The notes beneath the pieces were generated by a model, which saw nothing but the letters and a program-made list of their open reading frames with translations, was not told the origin of the DNA and searched no databases. A DNA stretch of 64,000 bases. Origin: a virus. The first letter of the stretch is position 1. Each line of letters begins with the position of its first letter. Location: IMG/VR virus record IMGVR_UViG_3300030333_008372, positions 7,777 through 71,776 of that record. One strand, 5' to 3'. Positions 8,291 to 18,782 of the stretch are shown piece after piece. Both the position numbers and the translations under genes were made by a program.

Positions 8291-9543
8291 AAAAAAAGAT
8301 CTTAACCTTATCTGACCACCCACTAAGCCCCTCTGGAGTCGGTCTTCAATCAAAAATATTTTGTGAATCACTTTTAAAAACTGGAAGATATCAAATTATA
8401 TCTCTTGGTGGCGCAATGAAACATTCAAATTATTCTGCAAAAAAAGTGGAACCATATGGTGATGACTGGGTAGTGCATCCAGTCGATGGGTATGGTAGTA
8501 AAGATTTGATACGTTCGATAATTAGAACTGAAAGACCTGATGTCCTATGGTTTATGACTGATCCAAGATTTTGGGGCTGGCTGTGGCAAATGGAAAACGA
8601 GATAAGACCTCACATGCCAATGATCTACTATCATGTTTGGGATAATTACCCTTATCCAGTCTATAATAAAAAGTTTTATGATTCGAATGACATGATTGTT
8701 TCAATATCTAAAGTTACACATGATATTGTTCAAACGGTAAGCCCAAACACGGATGCACATTATTTACCGCATTCCGTTGAATCAGACATTTTTATTCCAT
8801 TCGAGCAGAGCGAAATAGAAAAATTTAAAAAAGAGCATTTTCCAAATGACTCTGATGATAGGACGATTTTTTTATGGAACAATAGGAATGCTAGGAGAAA
8901 ACAAAGTGGCTCTTTATTATATTGGTTTAAAGAATTTTTGGATGAAGTTGGTCATGATAAGGCTAAGTTAATAATGCATACCGACCCAAGAGATCCATAT
9001 GGTCAAGATCTAGTTTCTATGTTGCGTGATTTAGAAGTTAGCCCGGACAGTATTGCCATTTCTACACAGAAGGTTGATAAGCCAACACTAGCAATGATGT
9101 ATAACATAGCTGATTGTGTGGTAAATATATCAGATGCAGAAGGCTTTGGTCTTTCTACCTTTGAATCTTTATCTTGTGGGACCCCGATTATCGTTAACAT
9201 GACAGGGGGTCTTCAGGAACAGGTAACTGATGGAGAAAATTGGTTTGGCATTGGCATTGAACCTTGCTCTAAAGCTGTTATTGGATCGCAAGACGTGCCA
9301 TATATTTATGAAGATCGCATCAGTAAAGAGGATTTTATTGCTGCGCTCCGTAAGATACATAATATGAGCAAAGAGGAGAGAGTTGCTCTCGGACATGCTG
9401 GAAGAAATCATGTTTTAAAAAATTATAACTACGATGAATATTGTAGCAAGTGGGTCGACCTAATCGATGGTGCTTGTGAAAAATATGGATCTTGGGAAAA
9501 TAGAAAGAATTATCAACCTTGGAGTTTTAGTAAAGTATCATGA
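8287..9543 (+). CDS. Glycosyltransferase family 4 (GT-B)
   Basis: NRNARRKQ, AEGFGLSTFESLSCGTPII. Confidence 0.9.
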   Translation: MKKKILTLSDHPLSPSGVGLQSKIFCESLLKTGRYQIISLGGAMKHSNYSAKKVEPYGDDWVVHPVDGYGSKDLIRSIIRTERPDVLWFMTDPRFWGWLWQMENEIRPHMPMIYYHVWDNYPYPVYNKKFYDSNDMIVSISKVTHDIVQTVSPNTDAHYLPHSVESDIFIPFEQSEIEKFKKEHFPNDSDDRTIFLWNNRNARRKQSGSLLYWFKEFLDEVGHDKAKLIMHTDPRDPYGQDLVSMLRDLEVSPDSIAISTQKVDKPTLAMMYNIADCVVNISDAEGFGLSTFESLSCGTPIIVNMTGGLQEQVTDGENWFGIGIEPCSKAVIGSQDVPYIYEDRISKEDFIAALRKIHNMSKEERVALGHAGRNHVLKNYNYDEYCSKWVDLIDGACEKYGSWENRKNYQPWSFSKVS

Positions 9544-10805
9544 AAAAAATTATTGTAAGAGGACCAGCACTAAGCAGAAGCGGCTATGGAGAACAAACAA
9601 GATTTGCATTACGTTGTCTCCGGGCTTCTAAAGATTATGATATTCATATCATAAATACAGACTGGGGCAAAACCAGTTATATCTCATGTGATGATGAGGA
9701 GTTTCGCTGGATTGAACACAAAATGTTGACCACAAAAAAGATTTTAGATCTGGCAAAGCAGACAAAAACGCCACCTAAATTTGACGTTTCTCTTCAGGTT
9801 ACCATACCAAATGAGTGGCAACAGTTAGCTGAAATTAATATTGGCTACACCGCTGGTATTGAGTCTGATAGAGTAGCTGCTGTTTGGATAGAGCAGGCAA
9901 GAAAAATGGATAAAATTATTGTAACATCCAATCACGCTAAACATGGTTTTATTAACACTTCTTATGAAGGTAGGCATGAACACACTGGAGAGATTGCAGA
10001 ACTAAAATTAGACCCCACTAAGCATCCTGTTAAGGTTGTAAACTATGCAGTTCGTGAAGTTGAAAAAGTAAACTTGGATTTGCAATTTGAAACTAAAACA
10101 AATTTTTTATGTGTTGCACAATGGGGTCCAAGGAAGAATGTTGAAAATACAGTAAAATGGTTCGTAGAAAATTTTAAAGATAATGAACAAGTTGGTTTAG
10201 TTTTAAAGCTAAATTGTATTGATAGTTCTGTAATTGATAGATTTGAAACAGAAAAAAGAATTAAGAATTTTTTAGAAGAAATTAATGAGGATATTAAATG
10301 CAAAGTTTATTTAATTCACGGTGATATGTCAGAGCAAGAATTACACTCTCTTTATGTTCACCCTAAAATTTCTGCTATGATATCCCTTACGCATGGCGAA
10401 GGATATGGGTTGCCATTATTTGAAGCAGCTTACAATGAATTGCCAATTATCGCACCAGATTGGTCTGGACATATGGATTTTCTTGTTGGAACGACTTCAA
10501 AAAACAGAAGAAGATCTTTATTTTTAAATGTTGATTTTACTTTGGCAAATGTTCAAAAACAGGCGGTTTGGAAAGGGGTTGTGGAGGAGGATTCCAAATG
10601 GTGTTACCCACAGGAATATTCTTTCAAGAAAAGACTTAATGATTTTATCAACAATGAAGGCGCACATAAAAAAAGAGCTAAATCTTTGGCATCCCAGATT
10701 AAAGAAAATTTTTCTGAGGAAAAGATTTTTAAAGAATTTGTCGATGCCTTAAATGTAAAATCTATCGAGCATGAAGGACCAGCGGAGGAAGTTTTTGTTG
10801 TATGA
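9540..10805 (+). CDS. Glycosyltransferase family 4 (GT-B)
   Basis: SGYG, GPRKN, HGEGYGLPLFEAAYNELPII. Confidence 0.9.
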   Translation: MKKIIVRGPALSRSGYGEQTRFALRCLRASKDYDIHIINTDWGKTSYISCDDEEFRWIEHKMLTTKKILDLAKQTKTPPKFDVSLQVTIPNEWQQLAEINIGYTAGIESDRVAAVWIEQARKMDKIIVTSNHAKHGFINTSYEGRHEHTGEIAELKLDPTKHPVKVVNYAVREVEKVNLDLQFETKTNFLCVAQWGPRKNVENTVKWFVENFKDNEQVGLVLKLNCIDSSVIDRFETEKRIKNFLEEINEDIKCKVYLIHGDMSEQELHSLYVHPKISAMISLTHGEGYGLPLFEAAYNELPIIAPDWSGHMDFLVGTTSKNRRRSLFLNVDFTLANVQKQAVWKGVVEEDSKWCYPQEYSFKKRLNDFINNEGAHKKRAKSLASQIKENFSEEKIFKEFVDALNVKSIEHEGPAEEVFVV

Positions 10806-12835
10806 CTTTGAAGGTAATTTACTGTGCTCAATTTACCGATTCTAGCGGATATGGTTCCGCAGCTAGAGGATATTTATCTGCTCTAGATACACACGCAATC
10901 GACTTTGATTTAAAAGTTCATAATGTTGCTTTTGAGGGATCTTCAAAAATATCTGATCAAAATAGGCAGCTAATTGAAAAATACTCATTCAAAGATGTTG
11001 AAGAAGTTAGGCAGCTTTTAAATAGCCGTGATTATATATTAATATGGCACCTCCCTGCCCCTTCATTTTTTGTACACTTACAGAGACACAAAGAAATTGC
11101 ACACACCACCAATATGTTAGTTAGGGGTGCAAAAAGAGTTATCAATCTTGCTGCTTGGGAATATGATAAGATACCCCTAGAGTGGAAAAAGACTTGGAGA
11201 GATCTTTGTTTTGACGCTACAATCAGTCCTAGTAGGTGGAACCAAGAAATATTTAGTCAGTCTTTACCAGAAAAAAATCATTATCTCATACCCCACGTAA
11301 TCAAGGAATATAATACAGAACCAGTCAAGCCAAAAGCAATAAGTGAAGATATGGTAAAAGATAAATTTGTTATTTTTACTATGTCTCAATGGGGATATCG
11401 AAAGGGCTTTGACCTCTTGATAAAGGCTTACTCTGCTGAATTTAAAAACCAACAAGATGTTGCTCTTGTTATGAAAACCTATGGGCACTATGTTGGCAAT
11501 GTATATCCTCTAGAGGAAAAGGCTCAAAACGAATCGATTATAAAAGAGATAGGCAGTTTCAAAAATTCTGTTATTTTAGAGGGCTATAAAAATCCTACTG
11601 CTCCAATCTATTTTATACCTAGTGTTTTACCATTTGAAAATATTTCTTGGTTACATGATAAATCTTCCGTGTTTGCTTTGTCAACTAGGGGTGAGGGTTT
11701 CGGTCTTACAATCGCAGAAGCCTTAATGCACGAAAGACCAGTTATTGTTCCTGATCAAGGTGGTCACATTGATTACATAAATCCAGAAGCAGCATTCTTT
11801 GTCGATGGACACTGGACTCCATCTTTTGGGGACATTATGCATACTTGTGATACAAGCTGGTATGAGCCAAATATAAAAAGCATACGAGAACAACTCCGGA
11901 AAGCGTATGATATGTGGAAAGAAAACCCACAATCACTTAAAGATATGGGTAAAAAAGGCAAAGATTATATACTTTCTAATCAATACTCGTATGAAGATAT
12001 CGGTCGTCGCCTTAATAACGTTTTAAATAATGAAAATAATTATGAAGTTTTAGATAAGCTTAACGATGTTAGAAAAAAAACTATTGATACCAAATATGCT
12101 CTGTCTAAAGAAAAAGATTTATCAAAAAAAATAGAAGTTCTTAAAGATAGATTTAAAGGCAAAGAGTGTGTTATATTAACTTGTGGTCCATCTTTAAAAG
12201 ATTTTAATAAAGAAAAATTAAAAGAATATTGTAAAGATAAAGTTGTTTTAGCAGTCAAACAAGCCTATGATTACGTCCCCGAGATTGTTGATATTCATTT
12301 GTGGAATTGCTCCAATCTACCAGCCCCTGCTGCAAACGGAGCTTATTATCCCTATTGGGAAAAGGAGCCTATTGTAATTTGCAGCAGTAATTATGACTTG
12401 GGTATGAGGTGGGATGCTACAAAACAAAAGCATGACTTATTTTTTAAGATACCAATCAGAACTGAGATCAATAATGAGTTTGTAACAAAAACTAAAAGAT
12501 TTGAAGATTATTTGCTTGATAAACAATTAACAAGACCTTGTGGTCCGGGTATAATGTTGGAGACTGTGATTTACACCGCTGTTCATTTAGGGGTAAATAA
12601 AATTACAGCTATCGGTTGGGATATTAATAATGCCCAAACAGAAGATGAGCATAAGCACTTCTTTGGAGACACAGGTAAACTTTTTAACAGAGGCGATGTG
12701 TTGGATTGGGAAATTGAAGCTAATCAAAAAGCTTCAAGAGATTTATATAATTGGCTAAAAGAAAAAGATATTGAATTAGTTCTTGCCTCTGATAAAAGTT
12801 CATTATATAATGGAATTCCAAGAGTAACTTTATAA
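10802..12835 (+). CDS. Fusion of a GT4 glycosyltransferase and a C-terminal Maf/DUF115/sialyltransferase-like domain
   Basis: N-half SGYG, YRKGFDLL, RGEGFGLTIAEAL; C-half LKDRFKGKECVILTCGPSL ... HLGVNKITAIGWD. Confidence 0.82.
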   Translation: MTLKVIYCAQFTDSSGYGSAARGYLSALDTHAIDFDLKVHNVAFEGSSKISDQNRQLIEKYSFKDVEEVRQLLNSRDYILIWHLPAPSFFVHLQRHKEIAHTTNMLVRGAKRVINLAAWEYDKIPLEWKKTWRDLCFDATISPSRWNQEIFSQSLPEKNHYLIPHVIKEYNTEPVKPKAISEDMVKDKFVIFTMSQWGYRKGFDLLIKAYSAEFKNQQDVALVMKTYGHYVGNVYPLEEKAQNESIIKEIGSFKNSVILEGYKNPTAPIYFIPSVLPFENISWLHDKSSVFALSTRGEGFGLTIAEALMHERPVIVPDQGGHIDYINPEAAFFVDGHWTPSFGDIMHTCDTSWYEPNIKSIREQLRKAYDMWKENPQSLKDMGKKGKDYILSNQYSYEDIGRRLNNVLNNENNYEVLDKLNDVRKKTIDTKYALSKEKDLSKKIEVLKDRFKGKECVILTCGPSLKDFNKEKLKEYCKDKVVLAVKQAYDYVPEIVDIHLWNCSNLPAPAANGAYYPYWEKEPIVICSSNYDLGMRWDATKQKHDLFFKIPIRTEINNEFVTKTKRFEDYLLDKQLTRPCGPGIMLETVIYTAVHLGVNKITAIGWDINNAQTEDEHKHFFGDTGKLFNRGDVLDWEIEANQKASRDLYNWLKEKDIELVLASDKSSLYNGIPRVTL

Positions 12836-12847
12836 AGGAAATAAAAA

Positions 12848-13681
12848 ATGTCAGTACATATTATCGCAGAAATTGGTATCAACCATAATGGTGATTTGGA
12901 GATAGCAAAAAAACTTATTCAAATTGCAGCCGCAGCAGGATGTGATTCTGTGAAGTTCCAAAAACGAAACCCGGACGTTTGTGTCCCAGAGCACCAAAAG
13001 AGTGTTATGAGAGATACACCTTGGGGTAAAATGACTTATTTGGATTATAAGTATAAGGTTGAGTTTGGTAAAGAAGAATATGATGAAATTGATCGATATT
13101 GCAAAGAGAACAATATTGCTTGGTCTGCTTCGCCTTGGGATTTAGATAGTCTTGAATTTCTTGATCAATATGATCTTCCATATATTAAGATGCCATCTGC
13201 ACACTTGACTAACGATGAGCTTTTAGCTGCTTGTCGTGATACTGGAAAAAAAGTAATTCTTTCCACTGGCATGAGCACTGTTGAAGAAATTGAACACGCA
13301 GTTAATGTCTTGAGATCAAATGGTGGATGTGATTTTGCCCTTTTACATTGTAATTCAACATATCCTGCGCCGATTGAAGAATTAAATCTTAATTGTATTA
13401 ATACATTACGTGATAAATTCCAATGCGAAGTGGGCTATAGTGGTCATGAGTTTAGACTTGGAACTTCTGTTGCTACTGTATTGATGGGAGCTACAATAGT
13501 TGAGCGACATATTACTTTGGACAGGACTATGTGGGGATCTGATCACATGGCTTCTGTTGAACCACAAGGTCTTATTAAATTAGTTCGAGGAGTTCGTGAA
13601 CTTGAGGCTGCTTTGGGCGATGGAAATATCGGTGTTACTGAAGGCGAAAAGCCTGTGCGTAAAAAATTAAGAGGAGTATAA
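12848..13681 (+). CDS. neuB: Nonulosonic acid (N-acetylneuraminate/Kdn-type) synthase, short form without SAF domain
   Basis: IIAEIGINHNGD, VKFQKR, ILSTGMST, LHCNSTYP, GYSGHE, VERHITLDR, GSDH. Confidence 0.95.
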   Translation: MSVHIIAEIGINHNGDLEIAKKLIQIAAAAGCDSVKFQKRNPDVCVPEHQKSVMRDTPWGKMTYLDYKYKVEFGKEEYDEIDRYCKENNIAWSASPWDLDSLEFLDQYDLPYIKMPSAHLTNDELLAACRDTGKKVILSTGMSTVEEIEHAVNVLRSNGGCDFALLHCNSTYPAPIEELNLNCINTLRDKFQCEVGYSGHEFRLGTSVATVLMGATIVERHITLDRTMWGSDHMASVEPQGLIKLVRGVRELEAALGDGNIGVTEGEKPVRKKLRGV

Positions 13682-14628
13682 TGAAAAGCTGGAATAATTG
13701 TCAAAAAATATCTGAAACATCCGAAGTCCCCACGGATGTGGATGGCAAAATATGGGGCGCTTATATGAGATATTTAGGAGGGTTAAACTCGGTAAATGTT
13801 AGGGGCCCAATCTGGTATGACAAAGAAACATCAGTTTGTTTTGGTCCTGATCAGGATTTTTTCTCAAACAGACAAGAATTTTCTTTTTATCATCAAGAAG
13901 AAAATTTTCTACAATTTGAGCCATGGGGTAAATATCATTTACAAAACGTTTTAGGTCAACATATTGGCGTAGAGTGTAATATGGATACTGAAATTATATA
14001 TCATAATCATCCTGAATTTCAAAAATATAAAGATTCTACAATTCTTATCGTTGGCGCTGGTCCTTCTGCTATTGACGTTAATTGGGAAGATGAAGAGAGA
14101 GATTTTGTTTGGTCTTGCACTAAGTTTTATTTAAATGAAAAGCTTCAAGATTGTGGTGTTGACCTTGCATCGGTTGGCGGCAATGTTTCTTTAGGAGACC
14201 CACAGTTTCAATCTTTTATTACAAGACACAACACTCTTTGTGTATTTGAGGGTGGTGTTAGTCCATTTAAAACAGGAGAAGAACTACAGGCTTTTAATAG
14301 ACTTTTTCCAAACCAGTCATCATATTTTCATACGAGATATTTTTCTAAATTAGGTTCAGCAGCAAGATTAATTTTATTGGCTGGTTTTCTTGGAGCAAAA
14401 GAAATTAAATTTGTTGGGTTTGACGGAAACCCAGTTAATCAAAAACATGCTTTTGAAGGAGAACAAAAGGTTCACGATGAGGTTTGGAGAAATAGTAGCG
14501 CTTTAAATCTTTATCGTAGACAGTTTGTTATTTTTTGGGATTATGTTCTTTCCATGGATAATGGCGTTTTATACACTAATCTTGGTAAAGGTCACCCAAA
14601 TAATCTTACCACAGATATTTTGGAGTAA
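13681..14628 (+). CDS. Maf/sialyltransferase-like (Cst/GT42- or DUF115-like) protein
   Basis: ILIVGAGPSA ... FLGAKEIKFVGFDG; paralog of 17718-18782; lies between neuB and neuA. Confidence 0.6.
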   Translation: MKSWNNCQKISETSEVPTDVDGKIWGAYMRYLGGLNSVNVRGPIWYDKETSVCFGPDQDFFSNRQEFSFYHQEENFLQFEPWGKYHLQNVLGQHIGVECNMDTEIIYHNHPEFQKYKDSTILIVGAGPSAIDVNWEDEERDFVWSCTKFYLNEKLQDCGVDLASVGGNVSLGDPQFQSFITRHNTLCVFEGGVSPFKTGEELQAFNRLFPNQSSYFHTRYFSKLGSAARLILLAGFLGAKEIKFVGFDGNPVNQKHAFEGEQKVHDEVWRNSSALNLYRRQFVIFWDYVLSMDNGVLYTNLGKGHPNNLTTDILE

Positions 14629-14629
14629 A

Positions 14630-15313
14630 ATGAAGGATATTAATAATATCGCCGTTGTGATTCAGGCAAGACTTGGATCTCAACGTGTTCCTCAAAAAAT
14701 GATCAAGCCTTTCGCTGGCACTACTCTAACTGATATAGCGATAAAAAAGATAAAGAAATCAAACGTTATACAAAATTCACAATTTTACATGTCTGTTTAT
14801 GAATCTGAATTATTAGATATATCAGCAAAGCATGACGTAAACGTTTATCTTCGTAGTGAAGCTTCTGCCAATTCTGAGGGAACACCTATGACCGAAATGT
14901 ATGAATGGTGGAATAAATTACCTCATGAATACTGCGTTCTAATTAATCCTTGTGTTCCATTTCTTGAAACAGAAACAATTGATAATTTTGTACAAGCATA
15001 TGCCAATTCAAGTTCTGATGGCATGTTTGGGGTTATGAAGAAAAAGAATTATTTTTGGAGACAAGACGGCTCTATTATCACGCCCTTGACAGAAGATGTG
15101 ATGAATACTAAAACTGTTCCTTTTACCTACGAGGCGGCGCATTGCTTATATGCAGGTCGTATGGACAAAATTAATGAAGGAATATGGATGGGAGATTTCA
15201 ACAAGCCCGGAGATATTGAACTTTTTCCTATGAAAGAAGAGGAGTGTTTAGATATAGACTATTTATGGCAGTTTGAAATGTGTGAAAAACTTTATGAGGC
15301 AAAACATGAATAA
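14630..15313 (+). CDS. neuA: CMP-nonulosonic acid synthetase (acylneuraminate cytidylyltransferase)
   Basis: IQARLGSQRVPQKMIKPF, LINPCVPF, LDIDYLWQF; ATG 14630 after GGAG. Confidence 0.88.
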   Translation: MKDINNIAVVIQARLGSQRVPQKMIKPFAGTTLTDIAIKKIKKSNVIQNSQFYMSVYESELLDISAKHDVNVYLRSEASANSEGTPMTEMYEWWNKLPHEYCVLINPCVPFLETETIDNFVQAYANSSSDGMFGVMKKKNYFWRQDGSIITPLTEDVMNTKTVPFTYEAAHCLYAGRMDKINEGIWMGDFNKPGDIELFPMKEEECLDIDYLWQFEMCEKLYEAKHE

Positions 15314-16124
15314 TAAAATGAAAAGCGTATTAGAACACGTTGAAAAGCAAATTAATGCAGCAACCGTCTCAGAAGAGATTGATGGCTACCCTTATATCCA
15401 GATATTGGACTTCTTTCCGCAAGATTATTATGAAGAATTGGTTGAGGTTTTTAAGGGCATGGATAATAAGAATTTTAATCCTTTGTCTAATAATTATCAA
15501 AATAGGTATGTATACCAGATTAGTAGAGGAGAAAATGTCCATGATCCAATCCCAACTTTTAATGACTTGTCAGAAAAAGAAAGAAACTTTTGGAAAGACT
15601 TTCAAGATACTTTTTACACCAATGGTTTTCTCAAGACAGTTTTTTTAGAAAAATATGATGATTATATTGATTTTCCGAGAGAATATTATGGTCACATGAT
15701 GGATCAATGCCGCCTTCAACGAGATTATAAGGGATATTCTATTGGCGCTCACAGGGATAAATTAGATAAAATATTGAGTGTAATGATTTACACTCCGACA
15801 ACAGATGACCCAAAAATTTTAGAAGATCATGGCACCGCCCTTTTAACACCTAAATTTGATGACCCTGAAAAAGTTCCACAACATCCAGATCACGTTGGTC
15901 AAGGTAAAGATCGGCATTTTAGATTTGAGGAAATGAACCTTGTTAAAACAGCCCCTAGTATTCCAAATAGTATCTATAGTTGGGCAGTAGCTGAAAAATC
16001 CTATCACGGGGTTACGCCTTTACAGTCTGACCACACTAGACACACAATGGCTTTCTTTGTTAAGATACCGAAAAAATTAACACAATTTCACAAATTATAC
16101 GGAGCTTCAGATTTTAAATGCTAA
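15306..16124 (+). CDS. 2OG-Fe(II) oxygenase superfamily protein
   Basis: HxD (GAHRD), distal His (SYHGV), C-terminal R (TRHTM). Confidence 0.75.
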   Translation: MNNKMKSVLEHVEKQINAATVSEEIDGYPYIQILDFFPQDYYEELVEVFKGMDNKNFNPLSNNYQNRYVYQISRGENVHDPIPTFNDLSEKERNFWKDFQDTFYTNGFLKTVFLEKYDDYIDFPREYYGHMMDQCRLQRDYKGYSIGAHRDKLDKILSVMIYTPTTDDPKILEDHGTALLTPKFDDPEKVPQHPDHVGQGKDRHFRFEEMNLVKTAPSIPNSIYSWAVAEKSYHGVTPLQSDHTRHTMAFFVKIPKKLTQFHKLYGASDFKC

Positions 16125-16966
16125 CATATAAAGAGCACTATGAGCTATCTGTAAAAAATTATGGTTTACAAAACGTAAATTTGCAAGATTTATATGATTT
16201 TACTGTTTTAGAGGTAAAAGCTAAAGAACAAAATGACTTCATTATTTTTAATGATCAATATTTTAAGTGTATAAAAAAATTGTCAAACTTATCTAATTTG
16301 ACTTTTTCAAACCCAGATCAAAATTGTTGGTTCCCTCCTGACGTCGATAGAAAAAAAGATAAGATTTTGAGATCAAAAAATGTATGGCTCCCAGAAGTCA
16401 ACGAACTGGCTTCGCTTATTGTCCCCCAAATTGAAAAAAAATTATTTAAATCATTTTCTATTGTTGATGGAATATATTGGTATCGAACGTTTTATAAAAA
16501 CACAAAGGATCAAAACTCTTTTATATGGCACTATGATAACCATTGTTTAGAGCGTATAAAGGTAATGTTTTATCTTAATGATGTTGATAAAAATTCTGGT
16601 CCTTTTACATATATGTGGAGCGAAAAAGAAAAAAAAGGTCTGCCTTGTCCAACATCAAGAATAGACTATAAGAAATGGGTTAAAAAAGAATCTAGATACT
16701 CTGACGAATTTATTGAAAAACATAAGCCTGATGGGTATGAGGCAAAACAATTTTTAGGAAATGCTGGTAGTTTTGTAATATTTGATAATAATATTATGCA
16801 CAGAGCCACAAATACAAAGCCTAATTACCATAGAGACGCAATTGTTTTTATGATGAGACCATATCATAAAAAAATGCCCCATTTTATTGGAAAAAATTGG
16901 ACCGGATCGAATATGCACATCGACAATAATAAAAATCCAGAATTTTACGGAGCTATCAAAAAATGA
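16118..16966 (+). CDS. Phytanoyl-CoA dioxygenase (PhyH)-like 2OG-Fe(II) oxygenase
   Basis: WHYD, KVMFYLNDV, GPF, AGSFVIFD, MHRA, HRD. Confidence 0.8.
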   Translation: MLTYKEHYELSVKNYGLQNVNLQDLYDFTVLEVKAKEQNDFIIFNDQYFKCIKKLSNLSNLTFSNPDQNCWFPPDVDRKKDKILRSKNVWLPEVNELASLIVPQIEKKLFKSFSIVDGIYWYRTFYKNTKDQNSFIWHYDNHCLERIKVMFYLNDVDKNSGPFTYMWSEKEKKGLPCPTSRIDYKKWVKKESRYSDEFIEKHKPDGYEAKQFLGNAGSFVIFDNNIMHRATNTKPNYHRDAIVFMMRPYHKKMPHFIGKNWTGSNMHIDNNKNPEFYGAIKK

Positions 16967-17721
16967 AATGCCATTGTTGTAGTTTAGAATACAAAAGATT
17001 ATCAGAAACTTCATGGCAAGGTATCAAATACATTTTGAAAAATGTATATCAGTGCAGTTCTTGCTCCCATATACACAGGGTTTATGATGGCGATAGTATA
17101 GAATATCATCAAAATATTTATAGAAATATTGAGAGAAGAGATAAGTCTGAAATCAATGAAGACGGTGAAGTGCAAAGTCTTTTTCATGAAAAAAGAAAAG
17201 ATATGTGCGAAAAAAGAATGTCTTTTGTGCAATGTTATCTAGAGGAAAGCGATACTTGTTTAGATATTGGAGCCGGTGCGGGAACATATGCAAACCTTTT
17301 AAGACAGGAAGTTGGTGATGTAGAATGCACCGAACTCGCTCCTGCTTTGATTAACGAACTTAAAAGATTAAATTTTAAGGTATATGAGGACGATTTTTTA
17401 TCTATTAAGTTTGATAAAAAATATGATGTTGTTTCTGCTTGGCATGTCTTAGAGCACGTTGAAGATATTAAATCTTTCATGAAAAAAACTTATCAACTTT
17501 CAAATCGTTATGTTATAATTGAAGTTCCTTTGCTTAAAGCTTTGAATAATAAAGGCAAGGTAAGAAAACTAACTGATCCTAAAGATGAGGAATATGATGG
17601 ACATACTCACTATTTTACAGAACAATCTTTTAGAGAATTAATCAAAGATTATTTTAATATAGTGATCCTGAAGGAAGGAGTTCAGTCTCCCTCTTTGTTT
17701 TCGGTATTGGAGAAGAAATGA
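16963..17721 (+). CDS. Class I SAM-dependent methyltransferase with N-terminal Zn ribbon
   Basis: CHCC/CSSC, LDIGAGAG, YDVVSAWHVLEHVED. Confidence 0.85.
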   Translation: MKCHCCSLEYKRLSETSWQGIKYILKNVYQCSSCSHIHRVYDGDSIEYHQNIYRNIERRDKSEINEDGEVQSLFHEKRKDMCEKRMSFVQCYLEESDTCLDIGAGAGTYANLLRQEVGDVECTELAPALINELKRLNFKVYEDDFLSIKFDKKYDVVSAWHVLEHVEDIKSFMKKTYQLSNRYVIIEVPLLKALNNKGKVRKLTDPKDEEYDGHTHYFTEQSFRELIKDYFNIVILKEGVQSPSLFSVLEKK

Positions 17722-18782
17722 AATATATACCTATAGGCACAGAATTTCTCGGGTTTACGAAATGTTATTGCTCCCATGAAGATACATATCTAAACATATC
17801 AGATGAATTTGTTAAAAAAATATCTGAAAAAGCAATTTCTGAAAATCAATTCGATAGACAAGACATTTGGCTTATTAATGCAGGTTTAGGAAAAACCGAA
17901 ACCTTCCCAGAAAAATCTTTTCGTCGTGTAAAAAATAAAATAAATGGTGAAATTTTTAATCATTCTCCGCATTCTTTTTCTACACCTCCTGATCAATTTC
18001 TTAATAGTATGTATGGGCTTCCATATCTTGAAAGAACTAGAGAAAAGGTAGAATACCTAAAAAATACTCCTTTTGGTGCAAATGGAGAATTTATTATTCA
18101 AAACTATCATGAGGAAAAGAAAAAATATGAGGGCAAATCACTTCTTATTTTAGGTGGTGGTCCTTCTACAATAGATGTTGATTTTTCAAATTTGTCGACT
18201 GATTATATTTGGGCAAGTAATAATTTTTTTCTAAACGAAAAGTTTTCCAATATTAAATTAGATGGGCTAGCAGTCACGCCTTATATGGACCTGTTGCTCA
18301 ATAAAAAGTTAATTAATTTTTTAGATAAAAACCCAGAAACTAGAATATTTTTTGAAACAGAGAGAGGAGATCATAATAAAGATTGGGATAGTATGCATGA
18401 ATTCATGATTAAATATCCTGAAAAATCTTTTCTTTATGGAACCAGATATAGGTCTAAAATTGGCATCACTCCAAGACAAATTTGTCTTGCAATCTTTTTG
18501 GGTTTTAAAGAAATTTATTTTCTTGGATTTGATGGTGTACGTAGAGCGAATGAAAGGCATGCATTTGAGGGTAAAAAAGAGTTACCACAATGGCTTAAAA
18601 AATTCGATAGGTATGGTGGACTCTACACAGAAGGTATGCAGTTTATTCAATATTGGAATTACATCCTTCAATTAAGAAATGGAGAAAAAAGCCAATACGA
18701 TTTTAATTTATATAATTTGGCAGAAGGCTTGGATTACAACGTTTCATCGGAGATTACTCAATGTTTAAAATTGCACAGTTAG
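17718..18782 (+). CDS. Maf/sialyltransferase-like (Cst/GT42- or DUF115-like) protein
   Basis: LLILGGGPST, ASNNFF, FLGFKEIYFLGFDG; paralog of 13681-14628. Confidence 0.6.
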   Translation: MKYIPIGTEFLGFTKCYCSHEDTYLNISDEFVKKISEKAISENQFDRQDIWLINAGLGKTETFPEKSFRRVKNKINGEIFNHSPHSFSTPPDQFLNSMYGLPYLERTREKVEYLKNTPFGANGEFIIQNYHEEKKKYEGKSLLILGGGPSTIDVDFSNLSTDYIWASNNFFLNEKFSNIKLDGLAVTPYMDLLLNKKLINFLDKNPETRIFFETERGDHNKDWDSMHEFMIKYPEKSFLYGTRYRSKIGITPRQICLAIFLGFKEIYFLGFDGVRRANERHAFEGKKELPQWLKKFDRYGGLYTEGMQFIQYWNYILQLRNGEKSQYDFNLYNLAEGLDYNVSSEITQCLKLHS

